Source: an uncultured Clostridia bacterium (lineage in GTDB: Bacteria; Bacillota; Clostridia; Christensenellales; UBA1750). From it: 64,000 nt of DNA. This document shows positions 37,005 through 46,397 of this stretch, piece after piece. The stretch covers positions 7,763 through 71,762 of the forward strand of contig CANQPP010000001.1 of NCBI GenBank assembly GCA_947625765.1. The letters are read 5' to 3'. The notes under the pieces are model-generated. The model was not told the DNA's origin and made no database searches. It worked only from the letters and a program-made list of their open reading frames with translations. Each line of letters begins with the position of its first letter. Within the stretch, counting starts at the first letter, position 1. Position numbers and translations under genes: made by a program.

Positions 37005-37730
37005 TTATGAAAGCTCGGGATATGCCGCGGCGAAGCTCTCCGCGATGCCCTCGCGCACCAGCATGGACGCGAGCCCGTCCGCAGTTGTGGCGCTCTTGTT
37101 CATCACGATGAGCGTATCGCCGTGAAAGTCGTGGATGAGGCCCGCCGCCGGCCAGACGGCCAGGGACGTGCCGCCGATGATGAGCGTGTCCGCTTTGCGG
37201 ATGGCCGCGCGGGCCTTCTGCATCACCCGCTCGTCCAGCATCTCGCCGTAGAGCGTCACGTCCGGCCGGATCATGCCGCCGCAGGTACAGCGGGGCACGC
37301 CCTGGCTGATCTTGGGCATTTCCTCCAGCGTGTAGCGCCTGCCGCAGGCAACGCAGTGGTTGCGGTGGACGCTGCCGTGCAGCTCGTACACCTCGCGGCT
37401 GCCGGCCATCTGGTGCAGGCCGTCGATGTTCTGGGTGGCAAGGCCGGTGAGCCTGCCCGCCTGTTCCAGATACGCCAGCGCCCTGTGGGCCGCGTTGGGT
37501 CGGGCGTTTGGATAGAGCAGGAACTTGCGGTAGTAGTCGAAGAACAGCGCCGGGTCCTCCTCCAGGCAGTCGATGCTCAAAAGATACTCCGGGCTGTGGC
37601 CGTAGGCCTGCATGGCACGGAACACGCCGTCCCCGGAGCGGAAGTCCGGGATGCCGCTCTCCGTGGAGACGCCCGCGCCGCCGAAGAAGGCGATGCGGGA
37701 GGAGCGATCCAGCGTTTCGCGCAGCGTCAT
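37005..37730 (-). CDS. cobB: NAD-dependent protein deacylase (Sir2/CobB family)
   Basis: 241 aa. GAGVSTESGIPDFRS, QNIDGLH, the zinc ribbon CVACG...CTCGG, and IIGGTSLAVWPAA. Confidence 0.9.
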   Translation of the reverse strand: MTLRETLDRSSRIAFFGGAGVSTESGIPDFRSGDGVFRAMQAYGHSPEYLLSIDCLEEDPALFFDYYRKFLLYPNARPNAAHRALAYLEQAGRLTGLATQNIDGLHQMAGSREVYELHGSVHRNHCVACGRRYTLEEMPKISQGVPRCTCGGMIRPDVTLYGEMLDERVMQKARAAIRKADTLIIGGTSLAVWPAAGLIHDFHGDTLIVMNKSATTADGLASMLVREGIAESFAAAYPELS

Positions 37731-38602
37731 GGCGTTTCCTCCTTCTTAAAGCGCGCCGTCTTTTCCCGCAGGCGGCGGATGGCCCAGTCCGCGTGCTCCT
37801 TTACGACCGGGTCCGTGCTGTGCAGGTAGGGCTCAATCAGGGGGATGAGGCCGGGGTCGCTCCTGTCCGCGGCGACCAGCAGCGCCTGGGCCAGCAGGCG
37901 CGTCTTGCGGGCGGTGTTGGGGCCGATGTCGTCCTTCAGCCGCTGGAAGGCGGCCTTGTCGCCCGAGAGCAGCTGGTAGAGCGAGGGCTCCGCCTCGCCG
38001 CCGGGCTTCGTGCCGCCCTCGTTGTGCGGGCAGCAGAGCTGGCAGCTGTCGCAGCCCACCAGGCGCTTGCCCAAAAGGGGCCGAAGCTCCAAGGGATAGG
38101 GCTTGCCGGAGAGCATGTGCATCCGCAGGCAGCGGTCCAGATCCACCTGGGCGAAGGACTCCAGCGCCCCCGCGGGGCAGGCCGCCCGGCAGCGGCCGCA
38201 GTCCTCGCATGTTTTTGTTTCCTGCGGCTCCGGCACCTCGAGCTCCGTCTGGAATTTTAAGCACCCCAGCACCATGCGGGAGCCGAATACGGGGTGGAGC
38301 ACCAAAGAGTTGCGCCCCTGCACGCCCAGGCCGTAGCGCAGGGCCAGGGGCTTTAGGGCCACGTGGTCGTCCCGCACGCAGGGCAGGCCCGCCGCCGTAA
38401 GCGTCTCCGCCAGGGAGCGCAGCAGCAGATAGGACCGCTGGGAAGCGAAATAGTAGGAGGAAATGCGCGCGTCGCCGTGCTGTTCGGCGAAGCGGTAGGG
38501 ATAGGCCGTCAGCAGGCGGGGGCTTCCTTCCTCGTCCCGGCAGAGGCGCGCGTCCCCGAAGCCGGCCCGCAGCGCGGCCTGTACGGCCTCCTGACCCGTC
38601 AT
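37727..38602 (-). CDS. QueG-like 4Fe-4S protein with C-terminal HEAT-like repeat (epoxyqueuosine-reductase family, short form)
   Basis: Start MTGQEAV (ATG 38602, AAGGAGG SD). Two ferredoxin motifs, CEDCGRCRAACP and CDSCQLCCP. C-terminal ...HSTDPVVKEHADWAIRRL resembles QueG tails. It is shorter than canonical QueG, so function is uncertain. The stop overlaps the cobB start (ATGA). Confidence 0.5.
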   Translation of the reverse strand: MTGQEAVQAALRAGFGDARLCRDEEGSPRLLTAYPYRFAEQHGDARISSYYFASQRSYLLLRSLAETLTAAGLPCVRDDHVALKPLALRYGLGVQGRNSLVLHPVFGSRMVLGCLKFQTELEVPEPQETKTCEDCGRCRAACPAGALESFAQVDLDRCLRMHMLSGKPYPLELRPLLGKRLVGCDSCQLCCPHNEGGTKPGGEAEPSLYQLLSGDKAAFQRLKDDIGPNTARKTRLLAQALLVAADRSDPGLIPLIEPYLHSTDPVVKEHADWAIRRLREKTARFKKEETP

Positions 38603-38688
38603 CCCTCTCCCTCCTTTACACATGGGAAACAAACAAGGACGAAGGGGCGCTTTATGCGGCGCGTCCCCCCGCCCTTTCCATATCGCCT

Positions 38689-39318
<630 letters not shown>

Positions 39319-39517
39319 GGGGTTTCTCCTCCTTCGTGGTCCGTCTTTTTATCTAAGGGAAAGGGGCTCGTCCGTAAAAATGGGCCTTCGTCCCTTTCGC
39401 GTCCTTTCCGTTTCCGCGGCCCGTCCCGCGTCGACAAGCGTCTGCCGCTTTTCGCGTTTCCCGAAAAACGCCGCGCTGCCGCGTCTCTGCCCCGCGTCCG
39501 TTAAGCCGAAGGGGCTT

Positions 39518-39970
39518 TTACTCCTCGCCCCGCTCGCGCCTCTCGATGTCCGCGATCTGCTCAACGCGCCTTAAATGCCTGCCGCCCTCGAACTCGGCGG
39601 AAAGGAAGCTGTCCACGATGTCGCAGGCCAGGCAGGGCCCGATCACGCGGCCGCCCATGGCCAGCATGTTGGCGTCGTTGTGGGCGCGGGTCATGCGGGC
39701 GGAATAGGTGTCCGAGCAGAGGGCGCAGCGGATGCCGCGCACCTTGTTGGCCGCCAGGGAAATGCCGATGCCCGTGCCGCAGATGACGATGCCGAAGCGG
39801 GCGCGTCCCTCGGCCACCTCGCGGGCCACCTTCTCGCCGTAGAGCGGATAGTCCACCCGCTCCCCCTCGAAGCTGCCAAAGTCTGTGAACTCGATGTTCT
39901 TCTCCTTTAGGTGTTCCATCACGGCCTGCTTGAGCTCGTAGCCCGCCTGGTCGCAGCCGATCGCGATCAT
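39518..39970 (-). CDS. rpiB: ribose-5-phosphate isomerase B
   Basis: The last 150 aa of ORF 39518..40213: MIAIGCDQAGYELK...GIVICGTGIGISLAANKVRGIRCALC... (ATG 39970, GGGGAGGAA SD). Confidence 0.9.
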   Translation of the reverse strand: MIAIGCDQAGYELKQAVMEHLKEKNIEFTDFGSFEGERVDYPLYGEKVAREVAEGRARFGIVICGTGIGISLAANKVRGIRCALCSDTYSARMTRAHNDANMLAMGGRVIGPCLACDIVDSFLSAEFEGGRHLRRVEQIADIERRERGEE

Positions 39971-40025
39971 GTCCGTTTCCTCCCCGTTTTTTGTCGTTTG
40001 TATTTCCCGCCGTTCCCGGCGTCGT

Positions 40026-40544
40026 TCACTGATTCTCCCGGCCTTCGGCGCCGTCCTCCGGCTGCACGCAGGCGCGTATGGCCTCGGCCCTGTCGGGACG
40101 CAGCCGCGCCAGCACCGCCGCCACCGCCAGGCAGAGCCTGTCCGCGCAGGCGGCGTAGACCTCCTCGTCCCCGCCGAAGGGGTCCGGGATGTCCTCCTTC
40201 GCGCCGCAGGCAAAGTCCATCAGCAGGAAGGCCTTTTTGGCCGCCTCCGGACAGAGGGACGTCACCGCCCGCAGGTGGGAAGCACCCATGCACAGGATGA
40301 GGTCCGCGCTCTCGATCTGGCCGCGGGTGAGCTGCGTGGCCCTGTGGCCGCTCAGGTCCGCGCCGATCCTGTCCATCGCCTGCAGGGCGCCGTAGGACGC
40401 GGGCTCTCCCTCGGCGGCATACACGCCCGCGGAGGACGCCGTCACGTCCTCGATGCCCGCCTCCTGCACGATCTCCCGCAGGACGGCCTCCGCCATGGCG
40501 GAGCGGCAGGTGTTGCCGGTGCAAACGAACAGGATCTCGACCAT
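40026..40544 (-). CDS. low-molecular-weight protein phosphatase (YwlE-like arginine/tyrosine phosphatase)
   Basis: Start MVEILFVCTGNTCRSAMAEAV (CX5R(S/T) P-loop) and DPFG near the C-terminal third. The position directly upstream of rpiB mirrors the Bacillus ywlE-ywlF arrangement. Confidence 0.8.
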   Translation of the reverse strand: MVEILFVCTGNTCRSAMAEAVLREIVQEAGIEDVTASSAGVYAAEGEPASYGALQAMDRIGADLSGHRATQLTRGQIESADLILCMGASHLRAVTSLCPEAAKKAFLLMDFACGAKEDIPDPFGGDEEVYAACADRLCLAVAAVLARLRPDRAEAIRACVQPEDGAEGRENQ

Positions 40545-40691
40545 GTGCGCATCCTCTCCGGGGCGTTGGTAAGCCCCTTCTGCCTTTCTGTTTCCAGTAT
40601 AACACATCCCGCCGCCCCTTTCCATCGAAAAAAGGGGCCTTTGGCAAATTTCAAGGGGCGCGGAGCTTCCCCGCGTCCCCTGACGATCTGT

Positions 40692-41150
40692 TTAATCTTT
40701 GCGTCCGCTGCTGCCGAAGCCGCCCGCGCGGCCTGCCAGCTCGCCCTCGTCCCCCACGCTCTGGTACTTGACGAACACGCCCTGGGCGAAGCGCTCGCCC
40801 CGCTCGACCTTGACTTCTTTTTCGCCGTAGTTGTACAGGCACACGCCGATGTTGCCGTCGTTTTCCGGGTTGCCGTAATAGGAGGCGTCGATGATGCCGA
40901 TGGTGTTGGCCATCATCAGCTGCCGCTTGACGCCCACGCTGCTGCGCACGGCCAAGAGCAGGAACTCGTCCGGCTCCATGAAGGCCTTGACGTCCGTCCA
41001 GATCATGCGCGCCTCCCTGGGCGGTATGACCGTATCGGCCGGGCAGACCAGGTCGTAGCCCGCGCTGCGCTCGCTGGAGCGCCGGGGCAGGGGGACCGCC
41101 TCCCCTTCGTTGCGGAGGCAGTTATCCTTCACCCTTTCAAAACCGCGCAT
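40692..41150 (-). CDS. dut: dUTP diphosphatase (host copy)
   Basis: Motifs SAGYDL, RSS(V/I)G, IGIIDASYYG and GGFGSSG. I prefer the ATG at 41150 (MRGFERV...), which lies downstream of an AAGGAGG inside the annotated 41171 start. Confidence 0.8.
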   Translation of the reverse strand: MRGFERVKDNCLRNEGEAVPLPRRSSERSAGYDLVCPADTVIPPREARMIWTDVKAFMEPDEFLLLAVRSSVGVKRQLMMANTIGIIDASYYGNPENDGNIGVCLYNYGEKEVKVERGERFAQGVFVKYQSVGDEGELAGRAGGFGSSGRKD

Positions 41151-41178
41151 GGGGTCTTTTCCCTCCTTCATGGGGCCG

Positions 41179-42621
41179 TCAGAACCTGCGCCAGGTCTGC
41201 TTGCTGAACAAAAGCATCATGGGGAACAGCTCCAGCCTTCCGGCCAGCATGTCGAAGATCAGGACCAGTTTGGCCCCGGAGGAATACAGGGCGAAGTTCT
41301 GCGTGGGGCCCACGAGGTTCAGGCCCGGGCCGATGTTGTTGAGCGTGGCCGCCACGGCGGTGAAGTTGGTGGTAAAGTCGAACTCGTTCAGGGAGATGAG
41401 CAAAATGGACACGATAAAGACGAGTATGTAGGTGACCATGAACACGTTCATGGAGCGCAGCGTCTCGTGGGCGACGGGCTTTCCGTCCAGGGAGATCTTC
41501 TCCACGCTCTGGGGGTGCAGCAGGCGCTTGAGCTCCTTGCGCATGGTGCGCATCAGGATCAGGCAGCGGGACACCTTGATGCCGCCGCCCGTGCTGCCCG
41601 CGCAGGCGCCCACGAACATGAGCAGCACCAGGACCCCCTTGGAGAACTCCGGCCAGAGGTCGAAGTCCGCGGTGGTGTAGCCGGTGGTGGTGATGATGGA
41701 GCTGACCTGGAAGAAGGCGCGCTGCAGCGCCAGCCAGCCGTTCTGGTAGATGGGCACGATGTTGAGCGCGATGGCCAGCACCGCGACGCCCACGATCCAC
41801 AGGTACATGCGCACCTCCTCCATGTCGAAGGCGCGCTGCACCTTGCGCAGCAGCAGGTAGAAGTAGAAGTTGAAGTTGATGCCGAACAGGATCATGAACA
41901 CGCCGATCACGTTCTGGCAGTAGGTGGAGTAGCTGGCGATGCTGTCGTTGCGGATGCCGAAGCCGCCGGTGCCCGCCGTGCCGAAGGACAGCGTGACCGA
42001 GTCGAACAGGGACATGCCGCCAAGGAGCAGCATCACGATCTCAAGCAGCGTTAAGGCGATGTAGATGCTGTACAGTATCTTGGCGGTGGACTGGACCGTG
42101 GGGGCCAGCTTTTCCACCTGCGGGCCGGGGCTTTCGGCCTTCATGAGGTTCACGTGCGTGCCGCCGGTCAGGGGCAGCAGGGACAGCAGGAACACCAGCA
42201 CGCCCATGCCGCCGATCCAGTGGGTGAAGGAGCGCCAGAAGAGCAGGCAGCGGGGCATGCTCTCCACGTCGGAGAGTATGCTGGCGCCGGTGGTGGTGAA
42301 GCCTGACACCGTCTCGAACAGCGCGTCCACCAGGTGCGGGATGGCGCCGGAGAACACGAAGGGCAGGGACCCGATGAAGCTGATCACGATCCAGGTGACG
42401 GCCGTGATGAAGAAGCCGTCGCGCAGGTACAGCGTGCGGTCCTTGGGCCGGCGGCCCACGGTCATGAGCAGGCCCAGGGCCAGGCTTATCAGCATCGTCA
42501 CGGCGATGGAGATGCCCGCGCTCTCCCGGTAGATAAGGGCCACGGCCAGCGGCAGCGTCATGAGCGCGCCCAGGCACAGGAGGATCCACCCCAAAATAAA
42601 GCTGATCATCGCTCTGTTCAT
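41179..42621 (-). CDS. trkH: Trk/Ktr-type potassium uptake membrane subunit
   Basis: 480 aa polytopic protein with repeated pore-loop-like segments (TTTGAS, GTAGTGG, TTTGYTT, STGGGIK) characteristic of TrkH/KtrB. Confidence 0.9.
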   Translation of the reverse strand: MNRAMISFILGWILLCLGALMTLPLAVALIYRESAGISIAVTMLISLALGLLMTVGRRPKDRTLYLRDGFFITAVTWIVISFIGSLPFVFSGAIPHLVDALFETVSGFTTTGASILSDVESMPRCLLFWRSFTHWIGGMGVLVFLLSLLPLTGGTHVNLMKAESPGPQVEKLAPTVQSTAKILYSIYIALTLLEIVMLLLGGMSLFDSVTLSFGTAGTGGFGIRNDSIASYSTYCQNVIGVFMILFGINFNFYFYLLLRKVQRAFDMEEVRMYLWIVGVAVLAIALNIVPIYQNGWLALQRAFFQVSSIITTTGYTTADFDLWPEFSKGVLVLLMFVGACAGSTGGGIKVSRCLILMRTMRKELKRLLHPQSVEKISLDGKPVAHETLRSMNVFMVTYILVFIVSILLISLNEFDFTTNFTAVAATLNNIGPGLNLVGPTQNFALYSSGAKLVLIFDMLAGRLELFPMMLLFSKQTWRRF

Positions 42622-42634
42622 GGTGTTTCCCCCG

Positions 42635-43993
42635 TCAGTCGGCCAGGATGTCCAGTATGTCGTGCATGCCGCGCTCCAGCGTCACCACGATCACGGTGTC
42701 GCCCACGTGGATGCGGTCGTAGCCGCGGGGGATGATGATCTGGTCGCCGCGGATGATGCAGCAGATGAGCAGATTTGGCTTGGTGTTGAGCTCCAAGAGG
42801 GACACGCCTGTCAGCTCCGAGGCCTCGTCCACGGTGAACTCCAGCGCCTCCACGCGGTTGTCCAAAATGCGGTAGAGCGTCTTTACGTTGTTGCCCGCCT
42901 GGTTCTGCAGGGCGCGGATGTACTGCACGATGTAGTCGCAGATGAGGTATTTGGGGTAGACCACGCTGTCCACGTCCATGCCTTCCAGCAGGTCGTCGAA
43001 CTCCAAGCGGTTGATCTTGGAGACGATCTTGGGCACGCCCTGGCGCTTGGCGTACAGGGCGAGCAGTATGTTCTCCTCGTCGATGTTGGTAAGAGACACG
43101 AAGGATTCCGCCAGCGGCAGGCCCGCCTCCATGAGGAAGCGGCGGTCCGTGCCGTCGCCGTGCAGGATCGTGGCCTCGGGCAGCAGGACGGAGAGCTGCT
43201 CGCAGCGCCTGTAATCGCTGTCCACGATGCGCACACGGATCTTGTTCTCCACAAGTTCGCGGGTCAGGTAATAGCCGATGGTGCCGCCGCCCACGACCAG
43301 GGCGCTGCGCACCGAGTGGTTGGGCATGTGCAGCTTGCCGAAGAGCGCGCCCGCCCGGCCGCTAGGGACCAGGATGGTCAAAAGGTCGCCGTTCTGCACC
43401 TGGAACTCGCCCGAGGGGATGGAAACGTCCCCGTCGCGCTCCACGGCGCAGACCAGCACGTCGTGGCCGAGCTTGCTGCCCAAGTCGCGCAGCTTAAAGC
43501 CCACCAGGCCCTGCGTCTCGGTGACCGGGAACTTGATCAGGCGCACGCGGTCGTCCGCGAAGCTGTCGATCTTGCTGGCCGCCGGGAAGCGCAAAAGGCG
43601 CGAGATCTCCTTGGCCGCCATGAGCTCGGGATTGATGATGACGGAAATGCCCAGCTGCTGCTTCATGAAGTCCACTTCGCGGCTGTACATGGGGTTGCGC
43701 ACCCGGGCGATGGTGCAGCAGCGGCCCGTCCTCTTGGCGAACATGCAGCAGAGCAGGTTCAGCTCGTCCGACCCCGTCACCGCGATGAACACCTCCGCCC
43801 GCTCCACGCCGGCCTCCACCAGCGTGGTCGCGGAGCAGCCGTTGCCGGCCATGCCCATCACGTCAAATTCTTCCTTGATGCGTTCCACCTTGTCGGCGTT
43901 GCTGTCGATCACGGTGATGCTGTGCCCTTCCTGGCTCAGTTGGGCCACCAGCGCCGTGCCCACCTTACCGCAGCCTACCAATAGGATCTCCAT
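42635..43993 (-). CDS. trkA: Trk system NAD-binding subunit TrkA (two RCK modules)
   Basis: Trimmed to MEILLVGCGKVGTALV (ATG 43993). A second Rossmann motif, LVVGGGTIGYYL, lies mid-protein. The 90 codons upstream in the ORF track are basic, low-complexity leader sequence. Confidence 0.9.
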   Translation of the reverse strand: MEILLVGCGKVGTALVAQLSQEGHSITVIDSNADKVERIKEEFDVMGMAGNGCSATTLVEAGVERAEVFIAVTGSDELNLLCCMFAKRTGRCCTIARVRNPMYSREVDFMKQQLGISVIINPELMAAKEISRLLRFPAASKIDSFADDRVRLIKFPVTETQGLVGFKLRDLGSKLGHDVLVCAVERDGDVSIPSGEFQVQNGDLLTILVPSGRAGALFGKLHMPNHSVRSALVVGGGTIGYYLTRELVENKIRVRIVDSDYRRCEQLSVLLPEATILHGDGTDRRFLMEAGLPLAESFVSLTNIDEENILLALYAKRQGVPKIVSKINRLEFDDLLEGMDVDSVVYPKYLICDYIVQYIRALQNQAGNNVKTLYRILDNRVEALEFTVDEASELTGVSLLELNTKPNLLICCIIRGDQIIIPRGYDRIHVGDTVIVVTLERGMHDILDILAD

Positions 43994-44280
43994 ATACCTT
44001 GCTTCCCCACCGTTTCGCGCGTCTCTATGTGTCTTTCGCGCTTTTTTCCTTTTAAGTTCTTTGTCGGTCCTTTGCCGGTCCTTTGCCGCAAAAAGAAGCG
44101 GCCCTACACGTTCAAGACCCGTTCCGGCTTGCTTCTCTCGCGCGGCCTTCGCCGCTATTGTACCACGAGCAAAAATGCTTGCTCGCAAGGGCATTTTTGC
44201 GAGGCCGTCAATGTCGAGCCTGTGGCGAAAGCCGCAGCAAAAGCGCAGCTTTTGGGCTTGCAAAGCAAGCCTGCGAGGAC
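43994..44280 (-). other. long (~280 nt) structured 5' leader of trkA-trkH; candidate cis-regulatory RNA of unknown class
   Basis: Hairpins CTCGCAA/TTGCGAG (44182-44203) and CGAGCAA/TTGCTCG (44166-44185) compete with a 10-bp alternative, GCAAAAATGC/GCATTTTTGC (44169-44200). Also present: hairpin GGCTTGC/GCAAGCC (44255-44271) and two perfect 11-nt tandem copies at 44065-44086. Confidence 0.4.
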
Positions 44281-44308
44281 ATTATATCATATCAAATTGA
44301 AATGTCCA
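44281..44308 (-). promoter_or_regulatory. putative promoter of the trkA-trkH leader
   Basis: Minus strand: TGGACA (44308..44303), 16-nt spacer, extended -10 TGATATAAT (44289..44281). Confidence 0.45.
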
Positions 44309-44354
44309 TAGCGTATTATTACTTTTTCATCAGGCGCTTATTTCACTTTATTGT

Positions 44355-44389
44355 GAGGAAAACGGCGCGTCCTGCAAGCAGGGCGCGCC
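44355..44389 (-). terminator. rho-independent terminator of the ABC-transporter operon
   Basis: GGCGCG(T)CCTGC pairs with GCAGG(G)CGCGCC (44364-44389). On the minus strand it is followed by GTTTTCC. Confidence 0.65.
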
Positions 44390-44427
44390 GCAAAAACGAA
44401 GCGATGTTTGCCTGTGCCGAACGGGGC

Positions 44428-45264
44428 TCAGCCCTTCACGCCGCCGGCCATGATGCCGTCCACGATGTAGCGCTGGCCGAACAGGTACGCGATGATCAGG
44501 GGCGCGGCCACGATGAACAGCGCCGCCGCCATCAGCGTCCAGTCGTTCTGGTACTGGCCCGTGAACACGAACAGGCCGCGGGTGATGGTGTAGTTGCTCT
44601 CCGAGGTCAGGTAAATGGTGGAGGACACGATGTCGTTCCAGATGCCGATCATGGTGAGCAGGCCCATGGACACCACGGCGGGCTTGGCCAGCGGCATCAC
44701 GCAGGTGAACATGTAGCGCATGTAGCCGCAGCCGTCGATGGAGGCCGCCTCGTCCAGGTCGCGGGGCAGGGAACGCAGATAGCCCGTGAAGAAGAACACG
44801 GATGTGGCGTTGACGCCCGTCATGATGAGCATATAGCCTATCTTCGTGTTGTACAGGCCGATGTTCAGTATGATCTGGAACAGAGGGATCGCGCCGGAGG
44901 GCAGGAACAGCCCGCAGAGGAACAGGTAATACCAGAAGTTGGAGAAGGGCACGTACTTCCTGGCGATGGGGAAGGCGATGAACATCGAGAGCACCAGCGA
45001 GGCCACGGTGCAGACCACCGTGTACAAAACGGAGTTCAGGATGTACTTATCGAAGCTGGCCCGCTGCCAGGCGACGATGTAGTTGCTGAACGCCCAGCTC
45101 CTGGTCAGGCCCGCCGGGTTGGTCACGTAGTCCTGGGCGGTCTTGATCGAGGTGTTGAACGAGAAGAACAGCGGGAACAGGTAGATCAGCAGGAAGATGA
45201 GCACCAGGATGTAGCTGAACACCTGGAAGGGGATGTTGGTCAGGCTGCCTTTCTTTTTCATCAC
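44428..45264 (-). CDS. carbohydrate ABC transporter permease (MalG-like)
   Basis: 278 aa, 6 predicted TM segments, EAA loop LDEAASIDGCGYMRYMFTCVMPLAKP. Confidence 0.88.
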   Translation of the reverse strand: MMKKKGSLTNIPFQVFSYILVLIFLLIYLFPLFFSFNTSIKTAQDYVTNPAGLTRSWAFSNYIVAWQRASFDKYILNSVLYTVVCTVASLVLSMFIAFPIARKYVPFSNFWYYLFLCGLFLPSGAIPLFQIILNIGLYNTKIGYMLIMTGVNATSVFFFTGYLRSLPRDLDEAASIDGCGYMRYMFTCVMPLAKPAVVSMGLLTMIGIWNDIVSSTIYLTSESNYTITRGLFVFTGQYQNDWTLMAAALFIVAAPLIIAYLFGQRYIVDGIMAGGVKG

Positions 45265-46241
45265 TGCTCACTCTCCAATCTGGCCATGAGGACCTGGGAG
45301 ATGACCGTCACGATGAACACGGCGACGAACAGCACCATGGACTGCGCGGCCGCGTAACCCTGGCGCAGGCCGGACACCGAGCCGCCGCTGGCGGTGGCGC
45401 CGCGTCCGCCGAAGGCCGTGGCGAAGACCATCATGCCCAGGGTGGAGGTGTTGAACTGGCCGCCGGTGATGGTCATGATCAGCTCGAAGGACTGCAGGGA
45501 GCCGATGATGGCGAGCAGCGTGTTCACGGTCGCGGTAGACCAGATCATGGGCAGCGTGATGCGCCAGAACACCTGCCACTCCCCGGCGCCGTCGATGTAG
45601 GCGGCCTCGTAGATGTCATTGGAGATGTTCTGCAGGCCGGCCAGGAAGATGACCAGCGAGTAGCCCATGTGCATCCAGATCTGCGAGGCGATGACCGCCG
45701 GGAAGGCGTAGTCAAAGCTGGACAGGACGGCGGGCGGGTTCTCGATGCCCATCACGTCCTTCATCAGCAGGAAGACGGGGCCGGTGGGGGTGGAGAACAT
45801 CAGCTTCCACACCGTGGCCACGACCGTGACGCCCAGGATCTCGGGCATGAAGTACACGGCCCTGTACAGGTTCCTGCCGCGCAGGAACTTGCGGTTCAGG
45901 ATCACGGCCATCAGCAGGGCGATGCCGTTCTGGATGAGCGTGACGGTGACGGCGTAGATCGCGGTGCGGCCCAGCACGTTCTTCAGGTCGCGCACGTTTT
46001 GCAGAACGAAAAATTCCTTATAGTTGGCCCAGCCGATCCATTTCCAGGACGTGCCGGGGATGCCGGAGATGTCCGTGAACGACAGGACGGCGTTGGTGAT
46101 GGACGGCACCAGGCGGAAGATCAGATAGTGCAGGATGCCCGGCAGCATGCACAACACCACCGCCCACAGGGAAAAGGTGCGTATCCTTGCGCGGGAGCGG
46201 AACATTTTTCCGCCCTTGGCGCCGGCGGAACCGGCTTGCAT
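45261..46241 (-). CDS. carbohydrate ABC transporter permease (MalF-like)
   Basis: 326 aa, EAA loop YEAAYIDGAGEWQVFWRITLPM. The start may be ATG 46241 (GAGGGGGAA SD) or ATG 46205. Confidence 0.85.
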   Translation of the reverse strand: MQAGSAGAKGGKMFRSRARIRTFSLWAVVLCMLPGILHYLIFRLVPSITNAVLSFTDISGIPGTSWKWIGWANYKEFFVLQNVRDLKNVLGRTAIYAVTVTLIQNGIALLMAVILNRKFLRGRNLYRAVYFMPEILGVTVVATVWKLMFSTPTGPVFLLMKDVMGIENPPAVLSSFDYAFPAVIASQIWMHMGYSLVIFLAGLQNISNDIYEAAYIDGAGEWQVFWRITLPMIWSTATVNTLLAIIGSLQSFELIMTITGGQFNTSTLGMMVFATAFGGRGATASGGSVSGLRQGYAAAQSMVLFVAVFIVTVISQVLMARLESEQ

Positions 46242-46397
46242 GGAGATTCCCCCTCTCTCATAAGGCTTTTTTGGGTCGCTTAGGGTTCAGGCTTTTGCTC
46301 GCCTGCGGATAAAACCCTCCCTCCGCCTATAAAGGGCGGAGGGAAAGCACATCTGTTTACCCTTTTTCAAAGGGGCTTTTATTTGGTTTTGTTCGTC

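Noticed and set aside
34988-37111. 707-aa plus-strand ORF
   Set aside because: It is antisense to ppiB and melA, both unambiguous, and its composition is low-complexity Gly/Ala/His/Val.
37005-37730. Sir2-domain gene as a possible anti-phage effector (Thoeris/DSR-like)
   Set aside because: It is a short stand-alone sirtuin with the complete CobB-type NAD pocket and zinc ribbon. It sits in a housekeeping neighbourhood with no partner sensor gene, so an ordinary protein deacylase is the simpler call.
43994-44280. c-di-AMP (ydaO-type) riboswitch upstream of trkA
   Set aside because: The context fits, but I could not find the conserved ydaO sequence blocks as I remember them (ACGGGG / GGGGA.CCA / CCCGA...AGCUAA type). 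It is kept only as an unclassified structured leader.
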